Source: Eledone cirrhosa
Taxonomy: Eukaryota
Assembly: GCA_964016885.1 (NCBI GenBank)
Contig: OZ024753.1
Span: 29,512,001 to 29,576,000 of the forward strand
Length of the DNA stretch: 64,000 bases
Reading direction: 5' to 3'
Below the pieces are notes generated by a model. It was not told the DNA's origin. It saw only the letters and a list, made by a program, of their open reading frames with translations, and did no database searches. Below, piece by piece: positions 54,312-64,000 of the stretch (position 1 is the first letter of the stretch; each line of letters starts with the position of its first letter). Position numbers and translations under genes: made by a program.

Positions 54312-55590
54312 TAATTGTTTCTACTTTTGCCACAAGGCCAGCAATTACCCTAGTTAATTACTGGTGCTTTATTTTATCGACCCCGTAAGGATGAAAGGCA
54401 AAGTTAACCTCAGAACGTAAAGGGCCGTAAATTTATGTCGGGGAACATGATGTCTGACGCTCTACCGTTACTACTAATAATAATAATGGTTTCTACTTTA
54501 GGCACAAGGCCAGCAATTATCCAGTACATTACTGGTACTTTATTTTATCGACCCCGTAAGGATGAAAGACAAAGTTAAACTCGGCGGGATTTGAACTCAG
54601 ATCGTAATGGGACGTAACTATGCTAGAAAGCATGGCGTCCAACCCTCTACCGATACTGCCAATTCATATATCTTATATATATTATACTATATATATAGTA
54701 TATGTCTTATATATATTATACTATACTATAATATTATACTATACTACTAATAATAATAATGGTTTCATTTATTGGTCACAAGGGCCGACATATAGGGGAC
54801 AATGCAATAGACGGGGACAGTTGGTGGGTTTTACACAAAAGTCGAGTAAAAAATAGGAAAACAACAACAACAACAATAATAATTGTTTCTACTTTTGGCA
54901 CAAGACCAGCAATTTTCCCAGTGTATTACTGGTACTTTATTTTATCGACCCCATAAGGATGAAAGGCAAAGTTAACCTCGGCGGGATTTGAACTCAGTTC
55001 GTAAAGGGACGTAACTGTACTGCAAAGCATGGCGGCGTCTGACCCTCTACCGATACTGCCAATCCACCACCAATAATAATAATAATAATTGTTTCTACTT
55101 TAGGCACAAGGCCAGCAATTATCCAGTGCATTACTGGTACTTTATTTTATCGACCCCGTAAGGATGAAAGGCAAAGTCAACCTCGGCGGGATTTGAACTC
55201 AGATCGTAATGGGACGTAACTATGCTGGAAAGCATGGCGTCCGACCCTCTACCGATACTGCCAATCCAAATACGAGACAAATATTTCTGTACTCGGAAAT
55301 TAATGTCTATAGTTCAGCTATTCACAAAAAAAAAGAAAATATTATTTTTGCCAAAGACTGGATATACACAGAACTAATCGATGAGAGGAACGAGAACAAT
55401 ATATAACAGAATGGCAAATACCATATAACGTATAACAGTAATAATTGTTTCGACTTTTGGCACAAGGCCAGCAATTACCCAGTACATTACTGGTACTTGA
55501 TTTTATCGACCCCGTAAGGATGAAAGGCAAAGTTAACCTCGGCGGAATTTGAACTCAGATCATAAAGGGACGTAACTCTATGCTTCAAAG
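54312..55590 (-). mobile_element. Cluster of five co-oriented SINE copies
   Basis: Copies at ~54312-54470, 54486-54665, 54880-55070, 55085-55265 and 55441-55590. Confidence 0.9.
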
Positions 55591-55692
55591 CATGGTGGTG
55601 GTGGTGGTGGTGGTGGAGGCATAAAGTATATATAGAGAAAAGTAAGAATAACGAAAGGGCTGAACAAATTGAAAACGATAAAGTTGAACTGA

Positions 55693-55922
55693 ATGATGAT
55701 GATGATGATGATGATGATGGTGATGGTGATGGTGATGATGATGGTGATGGTGGTGGTGATGGTGATTGTGATGATGGTGGTGATGGTGATGATGGTGATG
55801 GTGATGGTGATGGTGATGGTGATGATGGTGGTGATGGTGATGGTGATGATGGTGGTGATGGTGATGATGGTGATGGTGATGGTGGTGGTGGTGGTGGTGG
55901 TGATGGTGATGGTGGTGGTGGT
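55693..55922. repeat. (GAT/GGT)n repeat
   Basis: Directly visible. Confidence 0.95.
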
Positions 55923-56141
55923 GCTTATTATTATTATCATCGTCGTCATCATCATCCTGATTGTTATAGTAACGAAGCTATTATTGGTTAGATGGTTAGA
56001 ATGTTTAAATACAGATAAACTCTTGCGGAACAAACCTATAAGGAAAACTGTCACAACCATCGTCCACTCTTTATTAATTGGCTGTTATTTCTAGCAGGCC
56101 AGGGTGACTATGTAGACACTCTTTTATTGGTTCCTGATCTG

Positions 56142-57173
56142 AAGTGGGATTTCGGCTCTTCCACGTTCAGACCAAATCTTTGTGGGTGTGTTCATTATCT
56201 TAGAGTATATGTCTTATATATATTATACTATATATATAGTATATGTCTTATATACATTATACTATATATATAGTATATATATCTTATATATATTATACTA
56301 TATATATAGTATATGTCTTTTATATATTATACTATACTATAATATAATGTCTTATATATATTATACTATACTATAATATAATGTCTTATATATATTATAC
56401 TATATATATAGTATATGTCTTATATATATTATACTATATATATAGTATATATATCTTATATATATTATACTATATATATAGTATATGTCTTTTATATATT
56501 ATACTATACTATAATATAATGTCTTATATATATTATACTATATATATAGTATATGTCTTATATATATTATACTATATATATAGTATATGTCTTATATATA
56601 TTATACTATATATATATAGTATATGTCTTATATATATTATACTATATGTATAGTATATGTCTTATATATATTATACTATATATATAGTATATATATCTTA
56701 TATATATTATACTATATATATAGTATATGTCTTTTATATATTATACTATACTATAATATAATGTCTTATATATATTATACTATATATATAGTATATGTCT
56801 TATATATATTATACTATATATATAGTATATGTCTTATATATATCATACTATATATATAGTATATATATCTTATATATATCATACTATATATATAGTATAT
56901 GTCTTATATATATTATACTATACTATAATATAATGTCTTATATATATTATACTATACTATAATATAATGTCTTATATATATTATACTATATATATAGTAT
57001 ATGTCTTATATAAATTATACTATATAGTATATGTCTTATATATATTATACTATATATATAGTATATGTCTTATATATATTATACTATATATATAGTATAA
57101 CATATATACTCTATAGATAATGAACACAACCACAAGGATATGGTCCGAACGTGGAAGAGCAGAACTGCCACTT
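56142..57173. mobile_element. Fold-back/MITE-like element: ~70-bp inverted termini around an AT-rich ~34-bp minisatellite
   Basis: AAGTGG..GCTCTTCCACGTTC.GACCA.ATC.TTGTGG.TGTGTTCATTATCT on the left, with its reverse complement at 57100-57173. Confidence 0.75.
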
Positions 57174-57177
57174 ATCA

Positions 57178-57303
57178 GATTTACGGCCCTTTATGATCTG
57201 AGGTCAAATCCCGTCGAGGTTAATTAACACTTTGCCTTTCATCCTTTCGGGGTCGATAAAATAAAGTACCAGTAATGTACTGCGTAATTGCTTCTGCCTT
57301 GTT
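57178..57303 (+). mobile_element. Truncated SINE (main family)
   Basis: Core domain present. Confidence 0.75.
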
Positions 57304-57626
57304 ACACTACATATATATTTTTTTTTTTTTTTTTTTTTTTTGTTTGTTTAATGTATGTATATAGAGATCACCACTACCGGCATCATCTTCATCGCCATCA
57401 TAGCAGCCTGCACATAAATATATAAGTAACTATTGACAACGAGGAGTGTCCCACAAGTCCAAACTGAACATCTCTTGGTTATTTCAGAAAGTTAATTCTT
57501 GATAAGAAACTTGCAATGAACTGGATTGCCGTCTATGGTAGAGATGCTTTTCAACGGCATTGGCGACATGCCATCTAACATAAACTAGATGACAGGGAGA
57601 GTACAACCAATATATATATTGGTTGT

Positions 57627-60600
57627 AAACACACACTAGTGCAGTGACACATACATACATATATATGTAGAGACATAAACACACACTAGTGCAGTGACAC
57701 ATACATACATACATATATATGTAGAGACATAAACACACACTAGTGCAGTGACACATACATACATATATATGTAGAGACATAAACACACACTAGTGCAGTG
57801 ACACATACATACATACATATATATGTAGAGACATAAACACACACTAGTGCAGTGACACATACATACATATATATGTAGAGACATAAACACACACTAGTGC
57901 AGTGATATACACATACATACATATATATGTAGAGACATAAACACACACTAGTGCAGTGGCATACACATACATACATATATATGTAGAGACATAAACACAC
58001 ACTAGTGCAGTGACATACACATACATACATATATATGTAGAGACATAAACACACACTAGTGCAGTGACACATACATACATACATATATATGTAGAGACAT
58101 AAACACACACTAGTGCAGTGACACATACATACATATATATGTAGAGACATAAACACACACTAGTGCAGTGATATACACATACATACATATATATGTAGAG
58201 ACATAAACACACACTAGTGCAGTGGCACATACATATATATGTAGAGACATAAACACACACTAGTGCAGTGACATACACATACATACATATATATGTAGAG
58301 ACATAAACACACACTAGTGCAGTGACACATACATACATATATATGTAGAGACATAAACACACACTAGTGCAGTGGCATACACATACATACATATATATGT
58401 AGAGACATAAACACACACTAGTGCAGTGGCACATACATACATATATATGTAGAGACATAAACACACACTAGTGCAGTGGCACATACATACATACATATAT
58501 ATGTAGAGACATAAACACACACTAGTGCAGTGGCATACACATACATACATATATATGTAGAGACATAAACACACACTAGTGCAGTGACATACACATACAT
58601 ACATATATATGTAGAGACATAAACACACACTAGTGCAGTGACACATACATACATACATATATATGTAGAGACATAAACACACACTAGTGCAGTGACACAT
58701 ACATACATATATATGTAGAGACATAAACACACACTAGTGCAGTGATATACACATACATACATATATATGTAGAGACATAAACACACACTAGTGCAGTGAC
58801 ATACACACACATACATATATATGTAGAGACATAAACACACACTAGTGCAGTGACATATACATACATATATATGTAGAGACATAAACACACACTAGTGCAG
58901 TGACATACACATACATACATATATATGTAGAGACATAAACACACACTAGTGCAGTGGCATACACATACATACATATATATGTAGAGACATAAACACACAC
59001 TAGTGCAGTGACACATACATACATATATATGTAGAGACATAAACACACACTAGTGCAGTGGCATACACATACATACATATATACGTAGAGACATAAACAC
59101 ACACTAGTGCAGTGACACATACATACATATATATGTAGAGACATAAACACACACTAGTGCAGTGACACATACATACATATATATGTAGAGACATAAACAC
59201 ACACTAGTGCAGTGACACATACATACATATATATCTAGAGACATAAACACACACTAGTGCAGTGATATACACATACATACATATATATGTAGAGACATAA
59301 ACACACACTAGTGCAGTGGCATACACATACATATATATGTAGAGACATAAACACACACTAGTGCAGTGACACATACATACATACATATATATGTAGAGAC
59401 ATAAACACACACTAGTGCAGTGACATACACATACATACATATATATGTAGAGACATAAACACACACTAGTGCAGTGACACATACATATATATGTAGAGAC
59501 ATAAACACACACTAGTGCAGTGGCATACACATACATATATATGTAGAGACATAAACACACACTAGTGCAGTGACATACACATACATACATATATATGTAG
59601 AGACATAAACACACACTAGTGCAGTGACACATACATACATATATGTAGAGACATAAACACACACTAGTGCAGTGACACATACATACGTATATATGTAGAG
59701 ACATAAACACACACTAGTGCAGTGGCATACACATACATACATATATACGTAGAGACATAAACACACACTAGTGCAGTGACATACACATACATACATATAT
59801 ACGTAGAGACATAAACACACACTAGTGCAGTGGCATACACATACATATATATGTAGAGACATAAACACACACTAGTGCAGTGACACATACATACATACAT
59901 ATATATGTAGAGACATAAACACACACTAGTGCAGTGACACATACATACATACATATATATGTAGAGACATAAACACACACTAGTGCAGTGGCATATACAT
60001 ACATACATATATATGTAGAGACATAAACACACACTAGTGCAGTGGCACATACATACATACATATATATGTAGAGACATAAACACACACTAGTGCAGTGAC
60101 ACATACATATATATGTAGAGACATAAACACACACTAGTGCAGTGACATATACATACATACATATATATGTAGAGACATAAACACACACTAGTGCAGTGGC
60201 ATATACATACATACATATATATGTAGAGACATAAACACACACTAGTGCAGTGACACATACATACATATATATCTAGAGACATAAACACACACTAGTGCAG
60301 TGACATATACATACATATATATGTAGAGACATAAACACACACTAGTGCAGTGGCATACACATACATACATATATATGTAGAGACATAAACACACACTAGT
60401 GCAGTGACACATACATACATATATATGTAGAGACATAAACACACACTAGTGCAGTGACACATACATATATATGTAGAGACATAAACACACACTAGTGCAG
60501 TGACATATACATACATACATATATATGTAGAGACATAAACACACACTAGTGCAGTGACACATACATACATATATATATATGTAGAGACATAAACACACAC

Positions 60601-62860
60601 TAGTGCAGTGACACATACATATATATGTAGAGACATAAACACACACTAGTGCAGTGACACATACATACATATATATGTAGAGACATAAACACACACTAGT
60701 GCAGTGACACATACATATATATGTAGAGACATAAACACACACTAGTGCAGTGACATATACATACATACATATATATGTAGAGACATAAACACACACTAGT
60801 GCAGTGACATATACATACATATATATCTAGAGACATAAACACACACTAGTGCAGTGGCATACACATACATATATATGTAGAGACATAAACACACACTAGT
60901 GCAGTGACATATACATACATACATATATATGTAGAGACATAAACACACACTAGTGCAGTGACATATACATACATATATATCTAGAGACATAAACACACAC
61001 TAGTGCAGTGACATATACATACATATCTATGTAGAGACATAAACACACACTAGTGCAGTGACACATACATACATATATATGTAGAGACATAAACACACAC
61101 TAGTGCAGTGACACATACATACATACATATGTAGAGACATAAACACACACTAGTGCAGTGACACATACATACATATATATCTAGAGACATAAACACACAC
61201 TAGTGCAGTGACACATACATACATACATATATATGTAGAGACATAAACACACACTAGTGCAGTGACACATACATACATATATATGTAGAGACATAAACAC
61301 ACACTAGTGCAGTGACACATACATACATATATATGTAGAGACATAAACACACACTAGTGCAGTGACACATACATACATACATATATACGTAGAGACATAA
61401 ACACACACTAGTGCAGTGACACATACATACATACATATATATGTAGAGACATAAACACACACTAGTGCAGTGGCATATACATACATATATATGTAGAGAC
61501 ATAAACACACACTAGTGCAGTGACACATACATATATATGTAGAGACATAAACACACACTAGTGCAGTGACACATACATACATATATATGTAGAGACATAA
61601 ACACACACTAGTGCAGTGACATACACATACATATATATGTAGAGACATAAACACACACTAGTGCAGTGACACATACATATATATGTAGAGACATAAACAC
61701 ACACTAGTGCAGTGACACATACATACATATATATGTAGAGACATAAACACACACTAGTGCAGTGGCATACACATACATACATATATATGTAGAGACATAA
61801 ACACACACTAGTGCAGTGACACATACATACATACATATGTAGAGGCATAAACACACACTAGTGCAGTGGCATACACATACATACATATATATGTAGAGAC
61901 ATAAACACACACTAGTGCAGTGGCATACACATACATACATATATATGTAGAGACATAAACACACACTAGTGCAGTGACATACACATACATACATATATAT
62001 GTAGAGACATAAACACACACTAGTGCAGTGGCATACACATACATACATATATATGTAGAGACATAAACACACACTAGTGCAGTGGCATACACATACATAC
62101 ATATATATGTAGAGACATAAACACACACTAGTGCAGTGGCATACACATACATACATATATATGTAGAGACATAAACACACACTAGTGCAGTGACATACAC
62201 ATACATACATATATATGTAGAGACATAAACACACACTAGTGCAGTGGCATACACATACATACATATATATGTAGAGACATAAACACACACTAGTGCAGTG
62301 ACATACACATACATACATATATATGTAGAGACATAAACACACACTAGTGCAGTGGCATACACATACATACATATATATGTAGAGACATAAACACACACTA
62401 GTGCAGTGGCATACACATACATACATATATATGTAGAGACATAAACACACACTAGTGCAGTGACACATACATACATACATATATGTGTAGAGACATAAAT
62501 ACACACTAGTGCAGTGGCACATACATACATACATATGTAGAGACATAAACACACACTAGTGCAGTGACATATACATACATATATATGTAGAGACATAAAC
62601 ACACGCTAGTGCAGTGACACATACATACATATATATCTAGAGACATAAACACACACTAGTGCAGTGACACATACATACATATATATCTAGAGACATAAAC
62701 ACACACTAGTGCAGTGGCATATACATACATATATATGTAGAGACATAAACACACACTAGTGCGGTGACATATACATACATATATATCTAGAGACATAAAC
62801 ACACACTAGTGCAGTGGCATATGCATACATACACAGAGAAACACACTAGTGCAACGACAT
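57627..62860. repeat. Satellite, ~100 units of 46-54 bp
   Basis: Constant TAGAGACATAAACACACACTAGTGCAGTG plus a variable (CA/TACA/TA) linker. Confidence 0.97.
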
Positions 62861-63006
62861 ATAGATACATACACATATAGAAACACAAGCACACTCAATA
62901 AACTGTGACACATAGACACATACACAGAAATACAAACACACACTATACTGTGGCACATAGACATATACACATATGGACATAGATATATGTATATATGAAT
63001 GTATGA

Positions 63007-63284
<278 letters not shown>

Positions 63285-63399
63285 GTAGGAGGTGAGTTTT
63301 ATTGTAGTACAATAAAGCAATGCAATTCATTATTTTTTCTCACTTTCATGCTCATCTATTTCATACCATCTTCTACTTTTCTCACAATATATCCTTACA

Positions 63400-63643
63400 T
63401 TACCTTTGCTATTTTTAATAATACATATCCACATTTTCTTTCCATCGCACATAAACCCTTAAATATTATTCTTAATACATATTAACAATTTCTTTTCATC
63501 GCACATATTATTAAACCCTTCAATATACAAACCTTAACTTTACATTATTTTTCTCTTCGTTAATTTTCAAATTCTTTTAATTTATACATTATCTTCCAAC
63601 GGTTTTTCAACCTCTCTATGTAAAACAATATATTTTTCTCAGT

Positions 63644-63645
<2 letters not shown>
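63400..63645 (+). mobile_element. Fragment homologous to the 3' region of the PLE at 22511
   Basis: CAATATACAAAC.TTAACTT.ACATTATTTTTCTC and CTTCGTTAATTTTCAAATTC...TTTTTCTCAGTTA match ~24399-24650. Confidence 0.7.
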
Positions 63646-63675
<30 letters not shown>

Positions 63676-64000
63676 CTCTGAGAGAGAGAGGGGGGGGGGG
63701 GAGAATGAATTATCTCTGCCAATGTTGTCAACACACTCCTTACCCTGACACCTGATGGCAAATATGTTTCCCTACCATTAACTAAATTCCCAATAATATT
63801 TTCCAACATTAGTATTACTTCCCTTGGCAACAACGACAGTAAGTGCTTACCCAGTAAACAGAATATATAATTATTGCTGTAGAAGCTTCCTTCTTTCATA
63901 TCAAAATACAATTGGCACAAACATAGAAGTTTTAGAAACATCTTCTTCGAAGATGTGCTAGTGTTTATGTATGGAAAGAATGTTAATTCTTCTCTTTAAT

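Noticed and set aside
57627-62860. CRISPR-like repeat/spacer look
   Set aside because: The spacers are variants of one microsatellite rather than unique sequences. There are no cas genes and the context is eukaryotic.

Overview
Eukaryotic, AT-rich, microsatellite-dense DNA with no recognisable host gene. The SINE repertoire looks octopod-like (inference). The window is a patchwork of retroelements sorted by the microsatellite they sit in. (1) Four R4/Dong-like non-LTR retrotransposons carry an RT plus a C-terminal restriction-like endonuclease. Three copies from two families lie in (TACA)n in one orientation. One copy, with an uninterrupted ORF and a 17-bp TSD, lies in (TAA)n. (2) Bipartite RTE-derived non-autonomous elements with (TATG)n tails occupy the same (TACA)n tracts in the opposite orientation. 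(3) Penelope-like (Naiad-type GIY-YIG) elements and many short fold-back derivatives sit at (TA)n. Together they carry more than ten hammerhead-ribozyme motifs from several families, including a covarying family with a long stem II and a repeated CAGAAGA core variant. (4) The rest comprises more than 20 tRNA-derived SINE copies, a solo LTR, DNA-transposon relics, several minisatellites and a ~5.2 kb satellite. Nearly all long low-complexity ORFs in the track are microsatellite artefacts. All coordinates were read by eye, and element ends are approximate.
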